The translations under genes and the position numbers were made by a program. A DNA stretch of 60,764 nucleotides from Bacillota bacterium (GTDB lineage: Bacteria; Bacillota; Clostridia; Christensenellales; CAG-138): the NCBI GenBank assembly GCA_022707005.1, contig JAKJBL010000001.1:9454-70217 (forward strand), in the 5' to 3' direction. The notes beneath the pieces were generated by a model, which saw only the letters and a program-made list of their open reading frames with translations, made no database searches and had not been told where the DNA came from. Positions within the stretch are counted from its first letter, which is position 1, and each line of letters begins with the position of its first letter. Shown here one piece after another: positions 36,991 through 44,784 of the stretch.

Positions 36991-37019
36991 ATTATAGGCC
37001 TGTTTATGTCATATGTCAA
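36991..37019 (-). promoter_or_regulatory. Perfect consensus sigma-70 promoter TTGACA-17-TATAAT for the DUF5320 operon
   Basis: On the minus strand, -35 is at 37019-37014 and -10 at 36996-36991. The -35 overlaps a tandem direct repeat, TGACATA TGACATA (37018-37005). Confidence 0.7.
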
Positions 37020-37054
37020 TAACTAATTTTTTATTCTTTAAAATAAAGCAAAAG

Positions 37055-37083
37055 TTGACTCCATATTTTTATAATGCTATATT
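37055..37083 (+). promoter_or_regulatory. Promoter for the mgtA leader (TTGACT-17-TATATT with an upstream TG)
   Basis: -35 at 37055-37060 and -10 at 37078-37083, with TGC immediately upstream (extended -10-like). Confidence 0.6.
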
Positions 37084-37254
37084 TAAAAATAAGGGTCAAC
37101 CCGAAAGGAAGTGAATTTATGGACGGCAACCCTCGAGAACGTAGTTATGTTCTCGACTCCCTATATAGAAGCACTACTCAACGGGCATATGACTTTTTCG
37201 GGCTGTTGTCCTCCTTTTAGGGCAAATGTGCAAACCCGTGCAAGCATGAAACTG

Positions 37255-37277
37255 CTGCCTGTTGAAGGCAGTTTTTT
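37255..37277 (+). terminator. Terminator-like hairpin inside the mgtA 5' leader
   Basis: CTGCCT GTTGA AGGCAG is followed by TTTTTT. It ends 55 nt upstream of the mgtA GTG. An alternative pairing, AAACTGC/GCAGTTT, is also possible. Confidence 0.5.
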
Positions 37278-37332
37278 ATTGCCGATAAATGGCTTCACTG
37301 GGGGATACTTAAAATAGAAAGGACTGATTCCA

Positions 37333-39963
37333 GTGAATAACATTACTAAGAGCGAGCTCGAAACTGCAAGGCTTGGAATCGAAGAAAAGCTGCGCGTGTA
37401 TTCATCGCTTGAGCAGGATTTGCTCTTAAGCGAACTTTCTACTGACAGCGAAGGTCTATCCGACGAAGAAGCCGAAGAAAGGCTCGATGAGTTCGGCAGG
37501 AACGTCATTACGCCAAGTGAAGGCAACACGATATTTAGCAGGGTTAAAGAGGCACTCATTAACCCGTTTAATATTGTGCTCTTTATTATTGCAATACTTA
37601 CATTTTTTACAGACGTCATTGCCTCTGCAGAACCCGATTATTCAACAGTTATAATAATCCTTGCGCTTGTATTTCTCGCAAGCCTTATTGCCTTTGTGCA
37701 GAGTCAGCGCTCTGATTCCGCTGTTGGCAAGCTTGCGAAAATGATTTCAAACAAAGCTGATGTCTGGCGTGATAGCAAGCTTATTGAAATACCTCTTGAT
37801 GAAGTAGTGCCCGGAGATATCGTGCGCCTTTCGGCAGGGGATATGGTGCCTGCGGATGTGCGGTTTTTAAGGACGAAGGACACCTTCGTTGCCCAAGCTG
37901 CGTTAACAGGCGAGTCGAACCCAATAGAAAAGTTCGCCTCAACCTCAAATGGAGCAAGCACGCTTACTGATTTAGCGAACATTGGCTTTATGGGCTCAAA
38001 TATTATAAGCGGGAGCGCGCTTGCAGTTGTTTTGGCAACAGGTGATGAAACCTATTTTGGCTCAATGGCAAAGTCGCTTTCAGGTGACAGAGCAAAAACA
38101 AGCTTTGAGCGCGGGGTCGATTCGATAAGCAACCTCCTTCTTCGCATGATGTTTGTAATGGTTCCTGTGGTATTCCTTATAAATGTGCTTGCAAAAGGCA
38201 GCTGGCCAAGCGCGCTGCTGTTTTCTGTAAGCGTTGCAGTAGGCCTTACGCCTGAAATGCTGCCAGTAATTATGACCTCGACCTTGGCAAGGGGCGCGCT
38301 CACAATGTCAAGGCACCAGGTGATTGTGCGAACTCTTGGCGCAATCCAGGTGTTCGGGGAAATGAATGTGCTATGCACGGATAAAACCGGAACCCTTACA
38401 GAAGACAAAATCGTGCTCGAAAAATACATGGATTTGCACGGAAATGACGATACGCGAATCCTCCGCCACGCATACTTAAACAGCGCCTTTCAAACCGGGC
38501 TTAAAAACCTTATTGACCTTGCTATTATAAACAGGGCAAAACAGTACGGGCTCAACACAGCGCTTGCAAATTACAGCAGAGTAGATGAAATCCCCTTCGA
38601 CTTTGCCCGCAGAAGGATGAGTGTTGTGCTGCTTGATAAAAACGGCAAGCGGCAGCTCATTACAAAGGGCGCTGTAGAAGAAATTATTGCAATCTCCTCC
38701 TTTCTTGAGGTTAACGGCAAGGTTATCCCAATGGATGAAGAAACCCGCCGCATTGCGCTTAAAACGTATGAAAAGCACAACTCGGACGGGCTTAGGATGA
38801 TTGCAGTCGCTCAAAAGAACGAAGTCCCTGATGTAGGCACTTTTGGGGTAAAAGATGAGCGTGACATGGTCTTAATAGGCTTTATCGGCCTGCTTGACCC
38901 GCCAAAAGAAAGCGCTGCTGCAGCAATTTGCGCCCTTAAAGAGCACGGTGTTCGAACAGTTGTTTTAACAGGAGACAGCGAGGGCGTTGCGCGCAAGGTG
39001 TGCACAAAAGTCGGCGTAAATGCCTCAAATCTGCTTACAGGCAGGGATGTCGAACTCATGGACGATGAAGCGCTGCTTAACGCTATTAAAACCTGCGACC
39101 TTTTTGCAAAGCTCTCGCCAACGCAAAAAGAGCGGGTAGTAAAGGCGTTTCAAACTTCAGGCAATACTGTTGGCTATTTGGGCGACGGCATTAATGACGC
39201 GCTGCCCTTAAGGCAGGCTGATGTCGGAATCTCGGTTGACAGCGCAGTTGATATTGCAAAAGAAACAGCTGATATAATCCTTTTAAAAAAGGACTTAATG
39301 GTGCTTGAAGAAGGGGTTATTGAGGGCAGGAAAACCTTCGGAAACATAATAAAATACATAAAGATGGCAGCGAGCGGCAATTTCGGCAATATGATTGCTG
39401 TGCTTGCAGCCTCGATATTCCTACCGTTTTTGCCAATGCTGCCTGTGCAAATTTTGGCGCAGAATCTTTTATATGATTTTTCACAAATAGGCATTCCTTT
39501 TGACAGCATTGACAGCGAATACATAAAAAAGCCGCGCAAATGGGAAACAAAGTCGATTAAATCCTTTATGGTCTACTTAGGTCCGCTAAGCTCAATTTTT
39601 GACATCCTCTGCTTTAGCGTTATGTGGTGGGCAATAGGAGCAAACACAATGACGCTTTCCCCGTTATTCCAATGCGGCTGGTTTGTTTTTGGCACAGTTT
39701 CGCAGGTGCTTGTTATTTATATGATTCGCACTGCAAAGCTGCCTTTTATTCAAAGCATGCCTTCAATGGCGCTTTTTGTGCCAACGCTCTTAGTTGCGGG
39801 CATTGCCCTGTTTATAGGCTTTTCGGATTATGCGGCTTTGCTTGATTTACAGAGGCTGCCTGTGCAGTTTGTCCCGTGGCTTATAGCCATACTTTTAGCA
39901 TACCTGATATGCGTACAGTTTATAAAGAAGCGCTATGTAAAAAAATACGGCGAGTGGATGTAA
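37333..39963 (+). CDS. mgtA: Magnesium-translocating P-type ATPase
   Basis: 876 aa. It has DKTGTLT, TGES, GDGINDA, and MgtA-like N- and C-terminal helices. GTG start with AGAAAGGA upstream. Confidence 0.9.
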   Translation: MNNITKSELETARLGIEEKLRVYSSLEQDLLLSELSTDSEGLSDEEAEERLDEFGRNVITPSEGNTIFSRVKEALINPFNIVLFIIAILTFFTDVIASAEPDYSTVIIILALVFLASLIAFVQSQRSDSAVGKLAKMISNKADVWRDSKLIEIPLDEVVPGDIVRLSAGDMVPADVRFLRTKDTFVAQAALTGESNPIEKFASTSNGASTLTDLANIGFMGSNIISGSALAVVLATGDETYFGSMAKSLSGDRAKTSFERGVDSISNLLLRMMFVMVPVVFLINVLAKGSWPSALLFSVSVAVGLTPEMLPVIMTSTLARGALTMSRHQVIVRTLGAIQVFGEMNVLCTDKTGTLTEDKIVLEKYMDLHGNDDTRILRHAYLNSAFQTGLKNLIDLAIINRAKQYGLNTALANYSRVDEIPFDFARRRMSVVLLDKNGKRQLITKGAVEEIIAISSFLEVNGKVIPMDEETRRIALKTYEKHNSDGLRMIAVAQKNEVPDVGTFGVKDERDMVLIGFIGLLDPPKESAAAAICALKEHGVRTVVLTGDSEGVARKVCTKVGVNASNLLTGRDVELMDDEALLNAIKTCDLFAKLSPTQKERVVKAFQTSGNTVGYLGDGINDALPLRQADVGISVDSAVDIAKETADIILLKKDLMVLEEGVIEGRKTFGNIIKYIKMAASGNFGNMIAVLAASIFLPFLPMLPVQILAQNLLYDFSQIGIPFDSIDSEYIKKPRKWETKSIKSFMVYLGPLSSIFDILCFSVMWWAIGANTMTLSPLFQCGWFVFGTVSQVLVIYMIRTAKLPFIQSMPSMALFVPTLLVAGIALFIGFSDYAALLDLQRLPVQFVPWLIAILLAYLICVQFIKKRYVKKYGEWM

Positions 39964-39969
39964 TGCCTT

Positions 39970-40881
39970 TTAGCTTAGAAGGCCGAGCTGTTCTAAAGGT
40001 CTATCCATTGCTTTGCCTTCTAAGTAAACGAACATACAGTGGGGAATTGTTTTTCGAATATTGTCGCTATGCTCCAAAAACCCGTTTGCCGCTATGAGCA
40101 TAGCGGCTTTTTTGCGCTTGGACGCCATAAAGCTTATTGACCGTTCTATAGAGGCAAGGCAGCTCTTAAGCCTTAAATTGTCTATTTTAGTATCTTCGTG
40201 CACAACAAACACGCTGCCTGCAGGCGGAGTGTCAGAAATTAGGCGCTGCCATTGTTTAGCTAAGCTAAAGGCGCTCCTGTATGCGCTGTTTTGCATAATC
40301 ACTTTAGCGCTCATAGAAGGGGGTACAAGCATAATGCCAAATTCTTGCCCTGCTGCCCGTTCCAAAAGCCCTGCTTCGCTTTCAAAAACAAGCCTTGGCT
40401 CAATCTCTAAAGCACGAAGCATCTTTTTAAGCATTAAAAGCTCGGCTGTGCTATTTAAAGAGTCGGGCAGAAGCACATCGCCGTTAAGCTCTGCAAGTGA
40501 AGTAATAGTTTTGCCGTTTTCAACAGCTATAAGGTTTAAATAAGAAGTTACTGCTTCAATACGCGCTTTATACGGGTTAAGCTTTTCTAAATCTTTTGCA
40601 TACATAAGGCAGGCATCGATTGAAGCTTCGTTAAAGGCTGTAAATAGCTCCTCATAACTTGAAAAGCTGTGTATTTCATAGTTGGGCGCGCCGCTTTCTA
40701 TTAACCCGAACGCGCAGTATGATAGAGGGTCATTAAAGACTAAGCCGACTTTTAAAGGAGGGCTGGGCTGACCTGCGCCAAACCTCGAAAACCAAATCCC
40801 GATAGCAAGCGCAAGAAGCGGGAGCAGCAGAAAAAGCACAGTTTGCTTGGTACTATTTTGTTTTTTAGGGCCTTTTTCCAA
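39970..40881 (-). CDS. Membrane-anchored SsuA/NMT1-like (type 2) substrate-binding-protein-like protein
   Basis: An N-terminal basic segment plus one TM, then LKVGLVFNDP...HSFSSYEELFTAFNEASIDACLMY, resembling sulfonate/nitrate-type binding proteins. It has a TTG start and a weak SD, so boundaries and family are uncertain. Confidence 0.4.
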   Translation of the reverse strand: MEKGPKKQNSTKQTVLFLLLPLLALAIGIWFSRFGAGQPSPPLKVGLVFNDPLSYCAFGLIESGAPNYEIHSFSSYEELFTAFNEASIDACLMYAKDLEKLNPYKARIEAVTSYLNLIAVENGKTITSLAELNGDVLLPDSLNSTAELLMLKKMLRALEIEPRLVFESEAGLLERAAGQEFGIMLVPPSMSAKVIMQNSAYRSAFSLAKQWQRLISDTPPAGSVFVVHEDTKIDNLRLKSCLASIERSISFMASKRKKAAMLIAANGFLEHSDNIRKTIPHCMFVYLEGKAMDRPLEQLGLLS

Positions 40882-40985
40882 TTTATATCCGTACTCAGTG
40901 TTTTTGTTAGCATAAGCGGTTGTGTAAAGCTTAGCGCAGCATCAGTATATATGTTTACCAGGGTTCATGCAAATCGGCTTGTGCT

Positions 40986-41351
40986 CTATGCTTGATTTTT
41001 TGCATTGAACCATTGAAATACAGCAAGCGCAATTAGAAAAATGCCGAACGCTTTTCTTAACCAGAGCGCCTCAAGAAAAGTAGCAAGAAGCGCGCCGCCT
41101 ATTGCGCCTAAGCTCCCAAAAAGTATAAGCGGCAGCGCTGACTTTGCCTCAAGCCTGCCGTCTTTTTTATGCACCAAGAGCGCAAGCAGTGCGCCTGGAA
41201 GGAAGGCGAGCATATTTATGCCCTGCGCTTCATGCTGAGAAAGGCCTGCAAGCAGAGTAAGAATGGGTATTAAAATAGTGCCTCCGCCCATTCCCATGCC
41301 TGAGAGAATTCCTCCTGCAAAACCCGCAAGCAGCAAAAAGAGCAAGTTCAT
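40986..41351 (-). CDS. TSUP (TauE/SafE) family transporter, C-terminal half-size protein
   Basis: MNLLFLLLAGFAGGILSGMGMGGGTILIPILTLL is a TSUP repeat motif, with 4 predicted TM. Its ATG overlaps the TGA of the upstream half (CTATGA). Confidence 0.7.
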   Translation of the reverse strand: MNLLFLLLAGFAGGILSGMGMGGGTILIPILTLLAGLSQHEAQGINMLAFLPGALLALLVHKKDGRLEAKSALPLILFGSLGAIGGALLATFLEALWLRKAFGIFLIALAVFQWFNAKNQA

Positions 41352-41716
41352 AGCAAAAGCCTTATGCCTGCTGCAAGCATAAGCAGGCAAAAGAGGCTGT
41401 CAATCCAAAGGGGGCGAAGCTTGCCAAGAAGCCTCGCACCAAAAAAGCTGCCTGGCAGCATACCAAGAATCACTGGCAGTGCAGATTGGACTATAAGCAT
41501 GTTTCTAAGCATATATACAGCAACACTTATTATAGAAAGAGGCAGCATGACCATAAGCGCAGTTGAATGCGCTCGCTCTGAGTTTAGCGCGCAAAGCCTT
41601 TTAAGCACAACAACAGCAAGAATCCCGCCGCCTGCCCCAAACAGGCCGTTTGCAATGCCTGTTCCGACTGCTGCAAGGATTATTGGGAGCGTAAACTTGC
41701 TGCGCTTTTGCTGCAT
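41348..41716 (-). CDS. TSUP (TauE/SafE) family transporter, N-terminal half-size protein
   Basis: GIANGLFGAGGGILAVVVL is a TSUP repeat motif, with 4 predicted TM. I place the start at the ATG at 41716 (MQQKRSK). The ORF track uses a TTG at 41758. Confidence 0.7.
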   Translation of the reverse strand: MQQKRSKFTLPIILAAVGTGIANGLFGAGGGILAVVVLKRLCALNSERAHSTALMVMLPLSIISVAVYMLRNMLIVQSALPVILGMLPGSFFGARLLGKLRPLWIDSLFCLLMLAAGIRLLL

Positions 41717-41871
41717 ACACCTATACTGTACAAAGAATATAGAATTATACAGTAACAATTTAATGCAAACAGAAAGGGAGTGTGTTATACTACATAAGGC
41801 AAAATACTTTGGAAGCGGGCACGAATTGTAGATGTCAAGAAATTGTCAACTGCATTGCAATAGAGTTATTT

Positions 41872-41893
41872 AGGGCAAGCTATGCCCTTTTTT
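41872..41893 (+). terminator. Orphan terminator-like hairpin upstream of rnfC
   Basis: AGGGCA AGCTA TGCCCT is followed by TTTTT. No plus-strand gene lies upstream. The stem is only 6 bp, so this is weak. Confidence 0.35.
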
Positions 41894-41894
41894 A

Positions 41895-41912
41895 TTGTGT
41901 AATTATTCACAA
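41895..41912. promoter_or_regulatory. Candidate Rex (redox-sensing repressor) operator TTGTGTAATTATTCACAA
   Basis: It matches the TTGTGAA-N4-TTCACAA consensus at 13 of 14 specified positions. It lies 28 nt upstream of the rnfC ATG. Confidence 0.6.
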
Positions 41913-41939
41913 AGATGAGTATATGCGAGTTTTGAAAGG

Positions 41940-43289
41940 ATGGTGCTGAAGTTGCACAAGCGTACCTTCAGAGGCGGCGTGCACCCGATGCAGAAACTGC
42001 ATGAGGGGAAGCTGCCTACAAAAGACAAACCAGTGCGCGAGTTTATACCCGATACAGTCTGTATTCTTATGGGGATGCATTTGGGCGCGCCGAGCAAACC
42101 ATGTGTTGAAAAGGGCGAGTATGTCAAGCTTGGCCAGTTGATTGGCGAGCCTGTAGGAGCCTTGGGGCTGCCTGTGCATGCAAGCGTTTCCGGTGAGGTG
42201 CTTGACGTTTCGCTTAAACAGCAAATGGTTGCAGAGCCTGCAATGTGCGTTACAATTAAAAACGATTATAAAGACGAATGGGCGGACAATCTAAAAGGCT
42301 TAGGAGATGTTGAAACTGTTGACCCATCGCTTATAGTGCCTGCAATTAAAGCAGCGGGCATTTGCGGCATGGGAGGCGCCTGCTTCCCTACCCATATAAA
42401 ATTTGCAATGCGCGAAGGCCAATACTGCGACACAATAATTTTAAACGGCGCTGAATGCGAAACATACCTGACATCCGACCATCGCCTTATGTTAGAAAAT
42501 CCCGAAAGAATAGTTAACGGGCTTCGCGCTGCCATGCGCGCAATGGGCGTTGAGCGGGGCGTTATAGCAGTAGAGGATAATAAGCCGGACGCAATCGAAT
42601 CCATGAAAAAGGCTGCAGAGGGCAGGCTTGGAGTAGAGGTTGCAGCGCTTAAGACAAAATATCCGCAGGGCGCTGAAAAGCAAATAATAGAATCGATTAC
42701 AAACAGGCAGGTGCCAAGGCAGGGGCTGCCTATTGACGCGCATGTGATTGTGCTAAACGTAGGGACTGCAGCTGCAATTTCAGACGCAGTAAGCTTTGGC
42801 AGACCAGTTGTTTCGCGCATAACCACAGTTACAGGCTGCGTAAAATCGCCAGACAACTTAAGGCTTCGCATAGGCACAAGCTTCCATGATGCAATAGAGG
42901 CATGCGGGGGGTATAGCGAAACGCCCGGCAAGCTTGCAGCAGGCGGCTCAATGACAGGCATTTGCGTTGCAAGCGATGAAGTCTCAATGACTAAGGCTAC
43001 AAACGGCATAGTCGTATATAACTTAGAAGATGCAAAATCGTTTGATGAGGGGCTCTGTATCCGCTGCGGCCGCTGCGCTAATGTTTGCCCGACAGGGCTT
43101 AGACCATATTTAATGAAGCCCTATTGCGATGCAAACGACCTTGCAAAGGCTGAAAAATATGATGTTATGGATTGCATAGTCTGCGGAAGCTGCTCTTTCA
43201 TTTGCCCTGCCAGGCTTTGGCTTACGGCTTCCTTTAAAAACACCAAGGAAAAGATACTTCTTGAGCGGAAAAGGAGGTCAGGAAAATGA
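41940..43289 (+). CDS. rnfC: Rnf electron transport complex subunit C
   Basis: TFRGGVHP at the N-terminus, an NADH-binding-like region, and two C-terminal 4Fe-4S motifs (CIRCGRCANVCP, CIVCGSCSFICP). The start is ambiguous: ATG 41940, GTG 41943 or TTG 41952. Confidence 0.9.
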   Translation: MVLKLHKRTFRGGVHPMQKLHEGKLPTKDKPVREFIPDTVCILMGMHLGAPSKPCVEKGEYVKLGQLIGEPVGALGLPVHASVSGEVLDVSLKQQMVAEPAMCVTIKNDYKDEWADNLKGLGDVETVDPSLIVPAIKAAGICGMGGACFPTHIKFAMREGQYCDTIILNGAECETYLTSDHRLMLENPERIVNGLRAAMRAMGVERGVIAVEDNKPDAIESMKKAAEGRLGVEVAALKTKYPQGAEKQIIESITNRQVPRQGLPIDAHVIVLNVGTAAAISDAVSFGRPVVSRITTVTGCVKSPDNLRLRIGTSFHDAIEACGGYSETPGKLAAGGSMTGICVASDEVSMTKATNGIVVYNLEDAKSFDEGLCIRCGRCANVCPTGLRPYLMKPYCDANDLAKAEKYDVMDCIVCGSCSFICPARLWLTASFKNTKEKILLERKRRSGK

Positions 43290-44245
43290 GTTTGCGCTTA
43301 TCCACAGCTCCGCATATACGAAGCATTGAAACAACCAAAAGGCTTATGGCAGATGTTATTATTGCGCTTATGCCTGCAGCGCTTATCGGCATTTACTATT
43401 TCGGCCCAAATGCTGCGCTTTTAGTCGGGCTAAGCGCCTTTACAGCAGTTTTAACCGAATACCTTTGGCAAAAGGCAGCTAAAAAGCCTGTATGCATCGG
43501 CGATTTGTCAGCGCTTGTAACAGGGCTTCTGCTTGGGCTCAACCTCCCCCCAACAGCGCCATGGTGGCTTGCGGTTTTTGGCAGCTTCCTTGCAATTGCG
43601 CTTGTAAAGCAGCTCTTTGGGGGGCTTGGGCATAATTTTATGAACCCGGCGCTAACAAGCCGTGCAATTCTTCTTGCATCCTGGCCGGTTCGGATGACTT
43701 CATTTGTAATGCCGACATATTTTGCGCCTGTTGAAGCAGTTGCTTCTGCAACTCCTCTCGGGGGGCTTCCGGCAAGCACGCTTGAACTGTTCCTCGGCAC
43801 TATTCCCGGTACTATAGGCGAGGTGTGCAAGGCTGCAATCCTGCTCGGGCTGCTTTATTTATTGATACGGGGAACCGTTTATCCGCATGTGCCTACTATT
43901 TTTCTTTTCGTTACTGCTCTGCTTGGCTGGGCGCTTGGCACAAACGGGGGCTTTACTTTTGACGGCGACCCGCTTGCCGCAATTCTTTCGGGCGGTGTAA
44001 TGTTCGGCGCTGTGTTTATGGCAACTGACTATGCTACAAGCCCTATGACGAAAAAAGGGCAGGTTATATTTGCTGCGGGCTGCGGGCTTATACTAAGCGT
44101 TATACGCGCATACAGCAAGCTGCCAGAGGGCGCGACATACGCAATCCTGCTTATGAATATAGCAACTCCGCTTATTGATAAATATATAAAGCCCACAGTG
44201 TACGGCTCACAAAAGGCGGTTAAAGGGGTGAAGGCAAATGCGTGA
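43286..44245 (+). CDS. rnfD: Rnf complex subunit D
   Basis: A polytopic membrane protein. The N-terminus SLRLSTAPHIRS and the operon position fit RnfD. Confidence 0.9.
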   Translation: MSLRLSTAPHIRSIETTKRLMADVIIALMPAALIGIYYFGPNAALLVGLSAFTAVLTEYLWQKAAKKPVCIGDLSALVTGLLLGLNLPPTAPWWLAVFGSFLAIALVKQLFGGLGHNFMNPALTSRAILLASWPVRMTSFVMPTYFAPVEAVASATPLGGLPASTLELFLGTIPGTIGEVCKAAILLGLLYLLIRGTVYPHVPTIFLFVTALLGWALGTNGGFTFDGDPLAAILSGGVMFGAVFMATDYATSPMTKKGQVIFAAGCGLILSVIRAYSKLPEGATYAILLMNIATPLIDKYIKPTVYGSQKAVKGVKANA

Positions 44246-44772
44246 AATCTTTAAGCTGACCTGGCGGCTTCTTGTTATTGCTGTTGTTGCAGCCTTTGCG
44301 CTTGGTGCGACAAATGAGCTTACAAAAGGGCCGATACGCGAACAGGTGGCTGCTGCTGCAGATGCTGCGCGCATTGCAGTCCTGCCTGACGCAGAGCGCT
44401 TCGAGCTTATAAGCGAAGGCGAGGGCGGCTGCGATAATGCGTTTATGGGGCTTAGCGGCGCAAATACCGTAGGCTATACAGCGCAGGCTACAGCTAATGG
44501 TTACGGCGGAAGTGATAATCGGCGTTGACCTAAACGGTATAGTAACAGGCATCAATGTTGGCGGAGCCGGCTTTTCCGAAACTTCGGGGCTTGGCTCAAA
44601 AGTTAAAAACGAAGAATTCAGAGCGCAGTTTAGAGGCGGTCACGGTGTTTTTGGCTTAAACGGCGCAGGAGAAACATCCGTTGATGCTGTAACAGGCGCA
44701 ACAACAAGCTCAGCTGCTGTTGTGAGCGCAGTTAATACAGCTTACGCCTATATACTTGAGTTAATGGCATAG
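44238..44772 (+). pseudogene. rnfG: Rnf complex subunit G interrupted by a single-nucleotide frameshift near 44505-44511
   Basis: Two overlapping ORFs (44238-44528 and 44497-44772) together give a normal RnfG. The first carries the N-terminal TM and ends ...TAQATANGYGG. The second reads EVIIGVDLNGIVTGINV...SETSGLGSKV...DAVTGATTSS, which includes the FMN-attachment motif. The frame changes within GGCGGAAGTG. Confidence 0.8.
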
Positions 44773-44784
44773 AAGGAGGAGAAC

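Noticed and set aside
37150-37160. An 11-mer, CCTATATAGAA, shared between the mgtA leader and the hydA promoter palindrome (53576-53586)
   Set aside because: It is a single short AT-rich match in two unrelated contexts. This is most likely coincidence and is insufficient to propose a common regulator.
37111-37317. A 68-aa ORF in the mgtA leader
   Set aside because: It has a GTG start without a convincing SD, it spans the predicted leader helices and the terminator, and it has no recognisable features. I treat the region as non-coding RNA structure. A shorter 33-codon ORF from the ATG at 37119 is mentioned only as a possibility.
37084-37332. An M-box (ykoK) riboswitch upstream of mgtA
   Set aside because: Only short fragments (GGGTCAAC, TTGTCC) resemble the B. 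subtilis M-box as I remember it. The GGUGAGG core and the order of elements are missing. I report it as an unclassified leader instead.
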